From Lama guanicoe (lineage: Eukaryota), in NCBI GenBank assembly GCA_013239625.1, contig MU056000.1, positions 9,931,175-9,995,174 of the forward strand: DNA of 64,000 nt, in the 5' to 3' direction. The position numbers and the translations under genes were made by a program. Below the pieces are notes generated by a model. That model saw only the letters and a list, made by a program, of their open reading frames with translations, did not search any database and was not told the origin of the DNA. Each line of letters opens with the position of its first letter. Position 1 is the first letter of the stretch. This document shows, piece after piece, positions 1 through 13,710 of this stretch.

Positions 1-489
1 TCAATGTTAAAATTTTATTCTGATATGTATGGAAAAGCAAGACTCGGGGAGGGGAGGTCCTGGCCAAAAATATGCAACAATGAAGAGAGAAAAGAGCTTC
101 AAGCCACTTCCTGCCCTTTCCTGCAGACCTCCACCTTGTGCAAGGACATCATCCATCGTCCACTCATGCCAGTGGGGGTCCATGCTCTTCTCCAGATGTA
201 ACCTCCAGAATCTGTCTGAAACACACTTCCCTCCTTCTGTGCAGGTCAAAGTCCCATTCATGTGTCAGGGATGTGTCCTCGTGTTCCTTCCTCTGTGGAG
301 TCCTTCCTGAATCTCAGGCTTCCCTCCTCTGAAATGCTATTGCTCATTCCTTGATTCTAATAGTTTCATGCTAAATAATCATTATATTTCAGAAATATAA
401 TTATTTGTACTAGAATGTTTTTAAAACAAGGATTTTGAATATTATTATTAGTACTGCATCTGACACACAACATGTGATCATTTTGTTAT

Positions 490-1200
490 TGAAGGAGATT
501 TACAATGTTGTGTTAGGTTCTGGTGTACAGCAAAGTGATTCAGTTACATATATAACTTTTCAGGTTATTTTCTATTATAGGTTAGCACAAGATATTGAAT
601 ATAGTTCCCTGTGCTATACAGTTAAGTCCTTGTTGCTTATCTATTTTATATATAGTAGTGTGTATGTGTTAATCCCAAACTCCTAATTTATGCCTCCCCC
701 TCTTTCCCCTTTGGTAACCATAAATTTGTTTTCTACATCAGTGTGTCTATTTCTGACTTGTAAATAAGTTCATTTGTATCACATTTTTTTAGACTCTACA
801 TATGCATATAAGTGATACCATATGATACTTGTCTTTGTCTTACTTACTTCATTTAATATGGTAATCTCTAGGTCCATTCATGTTGCTGTAAATAGCATTA
901 TTTCATTCTTTTTTATGGCTGAGTAGTACTCCATTGTGTGTGCATGTGTGTGTGTGTGTGTGTGTATCACACCTTCTTTGTCCATTCATCTGTCAGTGGA
1001 CATTTAGGTTGCTTCTATGTCTTGGCTATTGTAAACAGTGCTGCTTTCAACACTGAGATGCATGTATCCTTTCAAATTAGAGTTTTCTATGGACATATGC
1101 CCAGGAGTGGGACTGCTGGATCATATGGTAACTTTATTTTTAGTTTTTTAAGGAACTTCCATGCTGCCCTCCATAGTGGCTGCACCAGTTTACATTCCCA
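490..1200 (-). mobile_element. 5'-truncated LINE-1 (ORF2 C-terminal end + 3' UTR) with internal (TG)n
   Basis: Antisense L1 motifs such as ggatcatatggtaact and ccatagtggctgcaccagtttacattccca. Confidence 0.9.
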
Positions 1201-2138
1201 CATCATAAGTGATAATTTTTTAATTAACCTATACTGCATATAGTAATAAACCAAAAACGATGTTTCTTTCTGTTAAGTAGTAACTCTATTTTTCTAACTC
1301 TCTTAAAGGTGTTGTTTTTCATGCCATCATTGTTCTCATTCTTGTTGTTGTTTTTCTTTTTTAATTTGTTGTGTCGGTGGTGATAGTGGTGTTTGGGGTT
1401 GCAGTAGAATCATTGAAAAATGTGAAAGGCAGATTCCAGCCCCTCCTGTAAGAGTCACTTTTCCTCCTCTGTGCTTATGTTAAACAGAGGGGGTATACTT
1501 ATTTATTCTGCATTTCTACTTTCCTCAACTAACCCAGACTGGAGCTAGAGGTTTATATCACAATCAGCTCTTAGACGTTTTCTTGCATGGAAATATACAA
1601 GCAGGTACTCTTTTTTTTATTATCATTCTACTGAATGATTATCAAATGCGATAGAACTGCAATTCAGAATTTTGTGAGCTGAATTATTTATTAGAGTGAA
1701 TTTCAATACACTAAGCATCAACTTACCATCGCTCAGAGCCATCAGCTAAGGTTTACAAATACTTTCCTTACAGGGAATTGTTGTAGCAGTAGTGTTTGTA
1801 CCACAGGAATGTCAAGTTGGTAAAGCTCTACTATTAACAATCGATCAGTAGACGCATGAAGGGAGCATCGTGCCTGCGATCAACAGGCTTTGGCTTATCA
1901 GACTTTTTTCTTTTCTTTTCAAAAAGAAATCCTCCGAATTCCAGTTACAAGATTTACAGCATTTCAATCGCATGCCCTATAAAATCTTATGTTCGGAGGT
2001 TAATAAAATGAGATTAATCCAGAGATACCACATGTTGGGTTCTTTTCTTTTTTCTTTTCAGGCACAGAACATTAGATGATGCAATCTAAGCTCTGAAAAG
2101 GGGGTGGGGGGGGTTGGAAACGGCTACTAGTGGAGGTT

Positions 2139-2157
2139 AGCTGCCATCTAGCGGCTG
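2139..2157 (-). promoter_or_regulatory. CTCF motif
   Basis: Reverse complement CAGCCGCTAGATGGCAGCT closely matches the CTCF core. Confidence 0.65.
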
Positions 2158-2364
2158 GAAGTATAATTCACCCAAACCCATTGCCGCAAGAACTAAGGAA
2201 ATGCAGAACTCAGACCCATGTTTCGTAAGAACATCAAAGGCTATCAGTAATCTACATTACTGTCTCAAAGACAGGTGGGCAAATGATGGGCAAATGAGTG
2301 ACTGCTTTAATGGAAGAGAAGCCAAAGTATCCTCGTTTAAAATTCTAAACCAAAAGTAACTTAC

Positions 2365-2434
2365 CTTTATGTTCAAACTGTTTCCCTTTCAAAAATTCCC
2401 AACTTAGAAACTTTGCCTATCTACATCATATGAG
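2365..2434 (-). other. Candidate non-coding exon (70 nt)
   Basis: cttcatcatcttgtttag|CTCATATG...CATAAAG|gtaagt. Stops in all three frames. Confidence 0.25.
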
Positions 2435-2712
2435 CTAAACAAGATGATGAAGTGATTACCAGTGACAAAGCAGACCTGACCGCCCGGGAGACAGCACACT
2501 GAAGAGGCAAAAATTTTGATATCAATCTCTCAAGAAGAAAACCATGCAAATACATTCATATGGTGATCACAATATTGGTCCAGAAACTTAGTGAGTTCAC
2601 CTTGAATGATTTGGATCATTTTCACTTACATAAAATGTAATACCATCCTCATTTAAACCCCTTACCCTCCTTTAAACACTTCTAATACTAATGTTTTTAA
2701 ATACAGCTTTGA

Positions 2713-2951
2713 GGGGTGGGGGCGGGAGGTGGGAAGGGACAGACTAGGATTTCAAAATGTAGAACAGATAAACAAGATTATACTATATAGCACAGGGAAA
2801 TATATACAAGATCTTGTGGTAGCTCACAGTGAAAAAAAAATTGACAATGAATATATGAATGTTCATGTATAACTGAAAAATTGTGCTCTACACTGGAATT
2901 TGACACAACGTTGTAAAATGATTATAACTCAATAAAAAATGTTAAAATAAA
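2713..2951 (+). mobile_element. Camelid-type L1 3' end with 15-bp TSD
   Basis: L1 3' UTR and A-rich tail; TSD taaatacagctttga at 2698-2712 and 2952-2966. Confidence 0.9.
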
Positions 2952-4469
2952 TAAATACAGCTTTGATGCTTATTTATTATAAAAATGGTGCACACTTACT
3001 GTGAAAAATGTAAAAAAAAAGTGAGTATCACCATAATCTGAGCATGACTAACAGCCTGCATTCTTTGACAAATGCACTGGTTCCCATCTCTCCTTTCTTT
3101 AAAAAAAAAAAGTATTTTTATATGTATATATACACATACATACACATATATGTATATGTGTATATGCATGTGTGCACCTGTATTTTTAGTTTACAGGGTA
3201 TTATGAAAATTTTCTCATGTTACTGAATAGTCTTTAAAATACGATTTAATGGCTACATATTGTATTGGTCCGACAGGTCTTCATTTGTTTAGGCAATACT
3301 TTTTTTAACTTTTAGATTTGTTCCAATTTTTTACTGTTGTAAACAATACTACAATGAACATCTCTGTGGGAAAATCCTTGTATGGGTCTCTGCTTATTTA
3401 TTTCACTAAATAATTAGAAAAAATTATTCCCTAAAAATTATATGCATTGGTTCCCATGAGAAACTTAGTTAATTTTGCTACATCTCTGTCTGCATTAGAG
3501 ACAGGGAATGGTTAAGTCTCTGTTACCCCATTGCTAGTTTCATTTGCCAAGTCTTCGACAGCAGTGAAACTCAACATTTCTTACGTGTTTATTGGACATC
3601 TGGCAGGGGTGGGGGGAGTTTAAGTGAATTTCCTGTTCATGTTCCTTTCCCTTTTTCTCCTGGTGATTTTCTATCTAATGATTTGCAATCTCTTTTTGAG
3701 ACTGGATGAAGACACAGCACACATACAGAAAATACATAGCTGCTTCAATACTACTGTCAATAAAGTAGAACTAACAACAAAAGCCTTAAAGATTTGGCCC
3801 AAGGCAAGCATTTGATTTTTATAAAGGGTAAAATCCACTATGAGTTTATGGTAGCTGTGTACTGAAAAAGTCCTAAAATTAAGTAAGCAAAACCCGCTAG
3901 AAATACAGGCAACATTAACAGAAAGACCATAATAAAATGATGTTCTAATAGAACGTTTTAATACATTAAATACATTAAACCTTATATTCCCCAAATAATA
4001 TTATTCTTTTAAAGTGCTGTAGACAATCAACAAAAATTAATCATTTATTAGAACACAAAAACCACACAAGGCACAATCTCTAACAATAATGTAAATTGGA
4101 AATTAATCAGGAAGGAATTTTATGTCTTTCAACTGCTTTAAAGTTTAGAAAAAGTTCTTTTAAATTGCTATTGGATCCTTGCAGAACTCCAAACCACAAA
4201 TGCAGATCCTTTGGAACATAATAAATCCCACTAAAGACTCAAGAGGACTGAACAGCAGAGAGAGGGGAGAGAGCATTCACTCCCAGTGTCCTGTGAACGC
4301 AGGGCAGCCAGCTTCGGGAGAGGGGTGCTCCTGGTCTTTCAGGACCAGCCCAGAGCCCACAAGTCCTCGGAGTCTTGGAGAGAAGAGATGGGGCACAAAG
4401 GTGAGTCCAGGGCAGAGAGAACAGGGGAGAACTGGAGGTGGTCTCACCACCCAAGGACTCCTTATTCAT

Positions 4470-4668
4470 TCTTTTTTTTTCATATTGAATTATAGTCACT
4501 TTACAATGTTGTGCCAATGGCTGGTGTACAGCACAATTCTTCAGTCACATACAAATACACATATACTCATTTTTATATTCTTTTCCACCGTGAGCTACTG
4601 TAAGATATTGACTACATTTTCCTGTGCCATACAGTATAAACTTGTTTCTCTATATATACCAGTCAGTC
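4470..4668 (-). mobile_element. L1 3' end fragment
   Basis: Poly-T followed by antisense L1 3' UTR (tttacaatgttgtg...gtgagctactgtaagatattg). Confidence 0.8.
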
Positions 4669-7242
4669 TTTAACTGGTTCTCAGCTCCCCTTTCTGGAAC
4701 TCTCTCAAGATTTCTCATCCCCCTCTCCAGGAAAGGAACCCCCAGATCTGGACCCTCTTCACGCTACAGTGAAATACGAAGGTCCAAGTAGAAAATAAGT
4801 GCTCAGAGGGGGAAAAAACAGTCAGAAAAGTGAAGTGACTTGTCCAAAGCCTGCGGATAAAGGCTTCCATGTTCATAACGGAGCGTTGTAAGTTCTATTT
4901 TTAGGTTGCTTCTCCCATTCTTCCTACTAGTCGCTGGCTCTCAACTACTTTGCCATCTGACTCACAACTTACCTCCTCCAAGAAGGGCGCCCTGATTGAC
5001 ACCATCTCCTGACCCTGAGTACTCCTCTATAGAGAACTCAGTCCTTAAAGCCTGTAATGTTTATTTTATTTGCTTCAGTTTATGTTTTCCTTTGAATTCA
5101 AAGCATGTCACTGTGTGTAGACTCTTTTGTATAAGAAATAAGCACCTGAATTCCTGTGTAAACTGAATGTTAGAAAATCAAATAATACTCTCATTCGGAT
5201 GTCATCATTGAAATTTTTCACAAAAGAAGAAAGTGACTCCAAGAAACAGGGAAAAAATCATGTTTTGATACCTTAGAAAGCAATTCGTTTCTAATAAAAC
5301 ATTTAATATGTTTACATTTTAATATTATAGAACACTTCTGTGTTTTTTAAGATTCTTTTTGGATTTCAAGGAACAGGAATATGCTCTTACAAACACAGGT
5401 GTTAAGAGAGACTGCAATGGACACTTGTTAAAAAAGTTAAGACAGATTTTCTTCAAGCTACTGCAGTAAGGAAGCAAGATTTCAGTATAGAACTGAGCTT
5501 AACTCCAAATACAGCAGGGGCAGCTGGCAGTTTATAGCCAAGAGTCAAGAGTCAACGAATAGAAAATTACCAACAGGATCTACGTGGTCAGGCCCCAAGA
5601 GCCCCCTTCTGAGGTCTCTACAAAATACTCATGTGGAAATGTTCCAGAAGAAAAGCTGGAACTGTAAATCTGTATCTCCGGGAAAAAGGAGGGGGCTTAA
5701 TGATACGGATGTGAGCCATCAGCACGAAAGAGACAGTGATGTAAATGAGTTCCCCCAAGGAGAAGGTACAAAGTGAGCAGAGGGCGAACACGGAGCGTCA
5801 GGAATCAGTGGGATTCCGTGTGTGAGCTGAGGGAGGGGAACCAATGTCTCCCATGGGCCAAAGAAGAAAAGTAACCAGTAAAAACAATCATGGCTGCAAG
5901 GAGTTGAAGCAGAAGATACGCAAGATCCGTGATTTCGTGGTGATATTTTAAAAACAAAAACAGAAATTGTGAGTGGAATTCTGAATATGTAAAAATTTCA
6001 GTATTAGGAAAGCTAGGAAAATTTTGAATATATTTGCCATTAATTCAGTAGAAACCTGGTGACTATCCAGCCCCATGAACGATATAGCTTTTATCAAAGA
6101 GAAATTCTCCAAGACTATGGCACCTAATGAGTGTCAGATTAATGGGGGAGATTTGCTGGAAGAGGTTGATGGAATTCTATATATCAACTAATGCCTTAGA
6201 CCAGGGGTGTATTTCAAACTGACATGTGCTATAAGACTTTGTTAGTTGTTTAATAATATAGCTTATTTTCTCTAGCAATAAAAGGGAGTGTATTAAAAAG
6301 CCTGATTTACATATTGATTTATATATTGATTTTCACTCATGTACAGGTTGTTAAATATTATTAATATGCTCCCAACAATAAATGTTTGAAGGGCTCGTTC
6401 TAGCAGAGGGGGAGAGTCATCTGAACACATGGTCACACTGCACTGGGACGTGCGCAAGAATGGAAGGATGTAACGATGGAGGGCAGGGTGATGCTGGGGG
6501 AAGTTTCCTAAGGTGAGTCCTAAGAAAACTGGAAGCAAAAAATAGGGACTTACCAAATGGACAAGGCACAGGACATTTTTCACAACAAACCCAGGAAACA
6601 GCTCCTCACAGGAATGTGGATCTGAGCTTGGCCACCTGACTTGTATCCAGATGGGACACTAATAGTCATGGCACCCAGTGGCAAAGCAGCTACTTAAACC
6701 ATCACTTGTGGTGGTCTGGGATGAAGTGACATTAAAGGCCGCGGCCCCAGAAACCCCAAGGTCTCCTGCAGTTAACAATTATGGGGAGCATGGAGAATAC
6801 AGGGCTGTCGGGTGGCAGCCACTGGGCAGGGTGACTGTGCCCCAGGGAAAGGAGATGCCTGGGCCCTCGGAAATCCGTGACTGCAGCTCTGAGCCAGCCA
6901 AGAGCACGCCATCGTGGGCCACCAGCCAAAGCGGGGGAGGATGGGGTTAGGGATAAACAGTGTTTGACTCCAAGTCACTCTCGCAGAGACCCAGTGGACA
7001 TGTGAACTCATCCTGTAGTCACTTCCACGATGCCTAAGGGAAGAATCAGAACAGATAACCTTGGCCAACGGCAGGACCCTCCATCTTTCCAGGTATGGAG
7101 TCTCTGGAAACCCCTCTCCCTCTGAAAACAGAAAGCAGTGCCACCATCAAAGATGCGGCAGACGCGGGTGGCAGTCCCTACCACAAATCTGTTGCGCTTT
7201 CGTTTTCTACCCGTCCTTGTCTCGAGACAGATGACCGCAGGG

Positions 7243-7414
7243 CAGGGCCCCTCAGCCTCGGCACTGCTGATGTTTGGGGCTGGATAAATCGTGCAGTGTG
7301 GACTGTTTCGCAGCATCCCTGACCTCTAGCACACCTTCCCCAGTTGTGATGTTGTCTCTAGACATTGCCAGATATCCTCTGGGGGACAAAATTGCTCTCG
7401 GCTGAGAAGCACTG
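7243..7414. mobile_element. MER20-like hAT DNA transposon
   Basis: ctcagcctcggcactgctgatgtttggggctggataa...gacattgccaga...gctgagaagcactg. Confidence 0.75.
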
Positions 7415-7482
7415 AATGACCCATAAAGCAGCTTCATTGGGGACTGACTCTAATTACAGCTGCTCTTCCCAAACATGATGTC

Positions 7483-7712
7483 TTTTTTTTTAACTGAAGT
7501 ATAGTTGATTCACAATGTTGTGTTAGCTTGTGGTGTGCAGCATAGTGATTCAGTTATACACACACACACACACACACACAGATATATATTCCTTTTCATA
7601 CTCTTTTTCATCATAGGCCATTACGAGGTATTGAATAAAGTTCCCTGGGCTCTACAGCAGGGCCTTGTTGTTTATCTATTTCATATACAGCCGTGTGTAT
7701 CTGCTAATCCCG
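7483..7712 (-). mobile_element. L1 3' end with (CA)n microsatellite
   Basis: ttttaactgaagtatagttgattcacaatgttgtgttag is the antisense L1 terminus. Confidence 0.85.
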
Positions 7713-8063
7713 ATATGATTTCTTGAACTGGAAAGAAGCACAAGTTTTGTTGAGCCTCTTTGGCTTTTGGGTGCAATATATCCCATATTTGGGCATATTG
7801 CTCCTGCCATGGGCACAGTAATGTATGTAGATGGCTTCCAGCTTTGAGGGGGGCCCCAGGCAAGACACAGCTCCATCTGGTGCAAATCCTTCTGACCCTG
7901 TGACTGAGCTCAAAGTTTCTGGGGAAGATGGGATGCTGCACGGAGCCCTGGGGAGAAAATGATAGCAAAGGCCCCCTGCTCACTTTGGAAAGAACTCATC
8001 TCTTCTTGAAACAGCTCCTGGCTTGCTACGGGGCCCAGCAGGAACTCCAAGTGACCACAGTAC

Positions 8064-8145
8064 CTGAAATTCCCATCATAAACCCAGTGTTTTCTGGTCC
8101 TTCTGGTTGTAAAGTTGGGCTTTTGCAATGACTGTCCTCCGGGTC
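8064..8145 (-). other. Candidate internal exon (82 nt)
   Basis: ttatctatgcttttag|GACCCGGAG...GGAATTTCAG|gtactg. Phase-0 frame is open (DPEDSHCKSPTLQPEGPENTGFMMGIS), no repeat was recognised, and no homology was recognised. Confidence 0.35.
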
Positions 8146-9602
8146 CTAAAAGCATAGATAAGTTCCGTGAGCAGGAGGCTCGCGTTCCCAGGACAGCTAC
8201 ACCTGTGCGCTTCCTCCTCTCTCCCAGCCCTCCCGGGGCCTCCTCGGAGGAGAGGTCCCTTGTCCCTTTCCTACACATTGTGCGATGCTTCCGCTTCCCT
8301 CCCACTCTTAGAACCTGGAGCGCGGAATCTTAGGAGATCATCTTTTCCAATTTCCTCACAGGACAGATTAGGAAACTGGTACCTAGAAAGGATGAGTCCC
8401 TTCCCCCACATGAGGGAGACAGGTGGTGACTCGCCAAGACGAGAACCCAAGCCCCCTTGCTTGTGGTCTTTTTGCGTTCCTGAAGGTAAAGAGCTGGTCT
8501 AAGATTCTCTAGTAAGAAGTGATTCTGCATCCAACTTCAGCCCTCACCATGTCTAGAGAAAGAAAATCTCTCCATCTGCTGCATTTCACAACACTGTTAA
8601 ACTTCTAGAAAAAACAGAGGAAAAACGTTTCAACCACATAACACAAAACCTTCTCATCCATCCAGCTGTTTAGTTGCTCCATTCCTAGATGGATTACCTA
8701 GCATCCTCAAGTTGATAAAAAGTCTTTTTTCATGCCCAAGGTAATCTTAAGCACCTTTTATTCTAGACTTGCTCCAAACTCACACAAGTGAACAGAATTG
8801 TAAAAATAATCCTTTGTGCAGGAAATTAAAAGTAAGCCTCTTTTTTGAGATGCCCATGCAATTAGAATCAGTATCACCAGCTGAAATAGCTTCATCACCT
8901 ATGAAGAATAACATTTATGAAGTTTCACACAAAATGTACTGCTCTGATTCTATAAAACGTCATGGTATTTTCCCCAAAGGATAATAATATTAATATTCAA
9001 ATGCATTTTGCTTCAATTCCTTAACCTTGAGCAGTATGTCACTAAAATCTTTTTGGGCTTCTCCACAAGATGGGGCTACTCTCCAAACAATTCTGTTGCT
9101 AAGCACGATGGCATTCTGAAAAGGTTCAATTATAAAGTGTCACCTACATGGCAGTCTTGATAGGATGGCGCATGAACTGTAACTCTAGGAGTCATTAATT
9201 CAGGTGAAGGATAAATACTCTGGCACCACCTGAGGAGCTGTAACTTCTCAGCCTCTGCTCGTGCATGCAAAGGTCTTCAAGTCCAGGCTTGGGTGCTCCA
9301 CCTCCCCCATTCTCAGCTTCACTGGCAAAGCCAGTGAGGACACGGGAAGCTCGCTGCTCTTCCATCTCTGGCCCCAGTGATCTGTACCTCCTTATCCCTG
9401 ATCCCCTCAGAAAACTGCCATGTTAAACGTCACAGGTCTTTAGATTTCCATTAGTTCAGGAGAAGCAGAAAATCTGTTCAGGTCTATTTAGATGAAGGGC
9501 AGGGCAGAAAGAGGGGGAGACTGGGGGAAGGCTTGGAGATCTTTGCTGAGCAAGTCCATGTGCCAGGAAAACCTCTCCACGCCTCATCTCACTGGACCCC
9601 TA

Positions 9603-9743
9603 GAGAGGAGGGTATATAGCTCAGTGGTAGAGTGCTTGCTTGGCATGCACAAGTTCCTGGGTTCAATCCCCAGGACCTCTATCAAAATAAATAAGCCTAA
9701 TTAGTCCCCTCTAAAAAACAAACAAACAAACAAAATAAAATGG
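9603..9743 (+). mobile_element. tRNA-Ala-derived SINE (camelid Vic-1 type)
   Basis: A box/B box (tagctcagtggtagag...ggttcaatcccc), A-rich tail, and TSD tcactggaccccta at 9589-9602 and 9744-9757. Confidence 0.88.
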
Positions 9744-10010
9744 TCACTGGACCCCTACAACAACCCTACAGGGTAGCTTCATTCACCCCATCTTCTGGAG
9801 GAGAAAATTTGCAGTTTCAAGAAGCATCTCATAGTAGGTCATCCAGCTGGTATGTAAGCCTTCTTACTTTTCTACCACACCGTGGTCAGGTAGGCATTTG
9901 TAACCCAACTGAAAAAGCTGGGGTCCACATGGCTCAGTCTTGCCAGGGAGTCCCATGTAAAGCATTGGAGTCCCGGAGCCAAAAGTGGTTTTGAAAAAGT
10001 CTAATTATTG

Positions 10011-10141
10011 GGGGTGGGTATAGCTCAGTGGGAGAGTGCATTCTTAACATGCACAAGGTCCTGGGTTCAACCCTGAGTACTTCCCATAAATACATACATA
10101 CACACATACACACATACATACATACATACATACTACTTTTT
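10011..10141 (+). mobile_element. tRNA-Ala-derived SINE with (TACA)n tail
   Basis: tRNA-like head; TSD aaaagtctRattattg at 9995-10010 and 10142-10157. Confidence 0.88.
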
Positions 10142-10954
10142 AAAAGTCTGATTATTGCTTGCATATCTAAGACTATTAAAGGGGATTTGATTCATAACCC
10201 AGAGCAGCATTTCTCAAAAGCCCCCTCCCTCTGCTCCTCTATCCTCTCACACCCCAAAGCTGTTCCAGAGCTTCTCACACATAGACCTTCCACAGCTTTT
10301 CCCTCTCCGCCTCCCTCCTCTTTCCTGGCTTTGGCTAAATCGACCCCCCTTTCTTGCCTCCCTGGTTCGTGGCCAGACTAGCAGCTCCAGATTCTCCTGT
10401 GAGGGTGGAGGGAGTCATCACAGATCCCCCCACAGGGATATCCCCGGTCCCGGCCCAGGCCAAATGGGATTCAAACACACCTGGGCACATCTGGACGTCT
10501 GAGATGAGCTGCAGACGTTCTCGCGGAGGGTGGTTCCTAAGGGGGGGTGGTTACCTAGGGCTTTTAGGCGTTTTCTTCCTATTATTTTATTTTGGCCAAT
10601 GGAGAAGAAAGTCTTGCACAGGATCACAGAGGACATCCAGTGAGGGAAGAATAGAAAAGCAGTTCTTCCAGATGACATTGCAGGTCCTAAACCATGGGCT
10701 CTGTGGAAAACCTATGAGAACTGAGGGGAAAGCTGGTGCAGCTTTGATGCTCCCAGGGGCAATCATCATCCCTCATGAGAGGAGGCCACTGGGCATGTTC
10801 ATGCACAGACACACCAGGGTTTCAAGTCTGTGATGGCACTTACCTCCTAGCCGGGTTACAAAAGCCAAGAGAGGCATCTCAGCTCCAGAACCCAACAGCT
10901 TTCCCCCTACTGGATGATGAATTTTATTTGTCTACACAGAGAACCCAGACACTT

Positions 10955-11365
10955 GGTCAAACACTAGTCTAGAGGTTGCTGTGAAGGTATTTCCAAGATG
11001 AGATTAACAATTAAATCAGGAGACTCAGTGAAGCAGATTACCCTCCACAATGTGGGTGGGCCTCACCCAATCAGTTGAAGGCCTTAAGAGACAAAAGATG
11101 GGGGCACCCTGAAGAAGAGGGAATTCTCCTTCCAGGCTGTCTTTGAACTTATGCTTCAGCATCAGCTCTTCCTGGGTCTCCAGCCTGCTGACCTACACCA
11201 CAGATTTTGGACCCACCAGGCTCTACAATTGTGGGAGTAAATTCCTTAAAATAAATAAAGCTCTCTTGATGATTGATAGACAGACAGACAGACAGATAGA
11301 AGACAGACAGACAGATAATATATCTCCTATTGGCTCTGTTCCTCCAGAGACCCCTGACTAAAGCT
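10955..11365 (+). mobile_element. MLT2-like (ERVL) LTR with (GACA)n
   Basis: gcagattaccctccacaatgtgggtgggcctcacccaatcagttgaaggcc ... tctcctattggctctgtt. Confidence 0.8.
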
Positions 11366-11691
11366 ACTACTGCCACTGGCCCCAACCACTATAATCTCCC
11401 CTGACCAAACTCCTCTGTTCTCCAGTGGGTCCCTCTTTCACTCAGAGTAAAAGTGAATACTTCCCACAGGTATCCAGGATCCCCACCCTCTTTACACAAA
11501 CCTCCCAGCCCCCTTCACCTCTCCTACTCATCTCCTGCTCTCTCCTCTGTGCTCAACCCCTCCAGCCACTCCTGGGCCCCCACTGCTTTCTTTGCTGTAG
11601 TGCTCCTCCCCATCTGTGCACACGCCCAAAGCCCACGCCTCTGCAGGTCCTTCCTCAAATCTCACCTCATCATCTGCCCTGGCTTGGGGGG

Positions 11692-12016
11692 CAGTGAGTC
11701 TCAAAATTTTATGTCCCGGGAACCCTTTATGCCCTTAGAAATTATCAAGGACCCAAAGCCTGTGTGTACGTGGGTTTTATCTGTTGGTATTTACTCCATT
11801 TGAAACTAAAATCAAGACATGTTTAAAACACAAGAATCTACAGGCACACATCCCATCAGCCATCAGAGCAATGACACTGCCACACGTCATGCAGCCACTG
11901 GAAGGCAATTCCACAATCAAGATGTCTCACAATACACACAGAGTTCTGAGCTCAAAGAGCCCCTAAAAGGATCTGAGGCCCCCAGGGCTCCTTGGTGATA
12001 CTTAGAGAACCTCTGG
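11692..12016. mobile_element. hAT/Charlie-type MITE
   Basis: Termini cagtgagtctcaaa... and ...ttagagaacctctg resemble MER/Charlie TIRs. Confidence 0.55.
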
Positions 12017-12284
12017 GCTGTAAGAATGGGCAGAATCCCCAGACCTCTTGCAGGAAACACAACCAAACATTGGCTGGCATGATTCCCACTTGGATGGGAA
12101 GCAAAGAGCATTCTCAGAAATGAAACCTACACAGCAATCAGCTAAGGTTTTGTGGAAGCTGCCACCCAAGCCTGTGTCTTGCTCAGTCCCTCAGACAATA
12201 TTCAGACTCCAGTGCTCACAACAGAAAGCACCCACTGCAGCAGGCAGAACACCGCCCCAGGGGGGAAGCAAGCAGGAGGCGTAC

Positions 12285-12648
12285 GTATCCTGCATTATCC
12301 AGGTGAGCTCAGTACAATCAGGGCCCTTAAAGGTGGGTGACAGAGGCAGAAGACGGGGTCAGAGACAGATGTGACTAAAGAAGAATGATCAGAGAGAGGC
12401 CATGTTGCTGGCTTTGAAGGGGCCATGAGCCAAGGAATGTGGACTGTCTCTTGAAGCTGGAAAAAGCCAGAAACAGCCTCCCCTAGAGACTCCGGAAGGG
12501 AATGCAGCCCTGCCAGTGCCTTGATTTGAGCCCAGTGAGACCTATGTCAGGTTTCCAACCGACAGAACTGTTGGAGAATAAAGGTGTGCTGCTGTAAGCC
12601 ACTAGGTTTGTGGTAATGTATTTCAGCAGCCATAGGAAGCTGACTCAC
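12285..12648 (+). mobile_element. MLT1D-like MaLR LTR
   Basis: gccatgagccaaggaatgtgg...aagccactaggtttgtggtaat. Confidence 0.8.
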
Positions 12649-13304
12649 CTGTTAAAACTGAATTGCATTTGAATCTTGTACCTAACAGGGAACTGCCCAC
12701 AGAGCCCTGAAGTAGGGGATGCCTTCCTGTGGGTAAAGCCTGGTGGGAACAGGCCAAGCAAGGAGCTCCCAGCAGTAGCCAGTCAGCAACAGGACGCGCG
12801 AGAGTCCCTGACCCGCCCCCGCCCCCCCCCAGGCCAGTGACCAGTCCGCCCTTCACCGAGGCTTCTGCTCCTTTTAGTGTTTTGCAAATGGGCACTTGAG
12901 TTTTAGCAGTCCTGTTCCCCACCTGCCACCCCCACGATGTCACATCAGTCGTCTTAGGATAACTAAATAATTTAGCACTCGGTCTCCAGTTGTACGGGTG
13001 CTCCTTGGCCTGGGTCATGACCACACGGAAGAAGGACCACCACCAGGAGACCTTGAGGCATCACCGGTAGGTGCAAAAGCTGAACGCAACTTCGGGTTGG
13101 CTCCTGCAGGCTGCAGAGGGGTTGGGGGAGGCAACGCTTTCATTATGGGATGAAAGTTGAAAGGAGTCTGAGTGTGTGTTCTCAGCAGCCCCACCGCCTA
13201 GGGATGGAAAATCACGTATCAGCCCCAGAACACAGTAAATCTGCCCCTGCCCTGGTAACCTCTCCTCTTGGCCACGGGAGTCATTTCAGAGATGGCCCGG
13301 CCTC

Positions 13305-13710
13305 ATCTGCAGCAATATGGATGGACCTAGAGATGATCACACTAAGTGAAGCAAGTCAGACAGAGAAGGACAAATACGTGATACCACTTACATGTGGAAT
13401 CTTTTTTAAAAAATGGCACAAAGGAACTTATCTACAGAACAGAAAGAGACTGCAGACATAGAAAACAAATCTATGGTTACCAAAGGGGAAGAGGGGAAAT
13501 AAATCAGGAGTTTGGGATTGCAGATACAAACTACTATATACAGAACAGATAAACACAAGGTCCTACTGTACAGCACAGGGAACTATACTCAATAGCTTGT
13601 AATAACCCATAATTAAAAAGATATATATGTATAATTGAAATACTATGCTGTATACCAGGAACTAACACATTATAAATCAGTTATACTTCAATTTTTTAAA
13701 TAAATAAAAT
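13305..13710 (+). mobile_element. L1 3' end
   Basis: gcagcaatatggatggacctagag...cttcaattttttaaataaataaa. Confidence 0.9.

Noticed and set aside
9603..9680. tRNA-Ala-like genes (also at 10011, 15974, 16670, 42640)
   Set aside because: Disrupted stems, A-rich tails and TSDs show they are SINEs rather than functional tRNAs.
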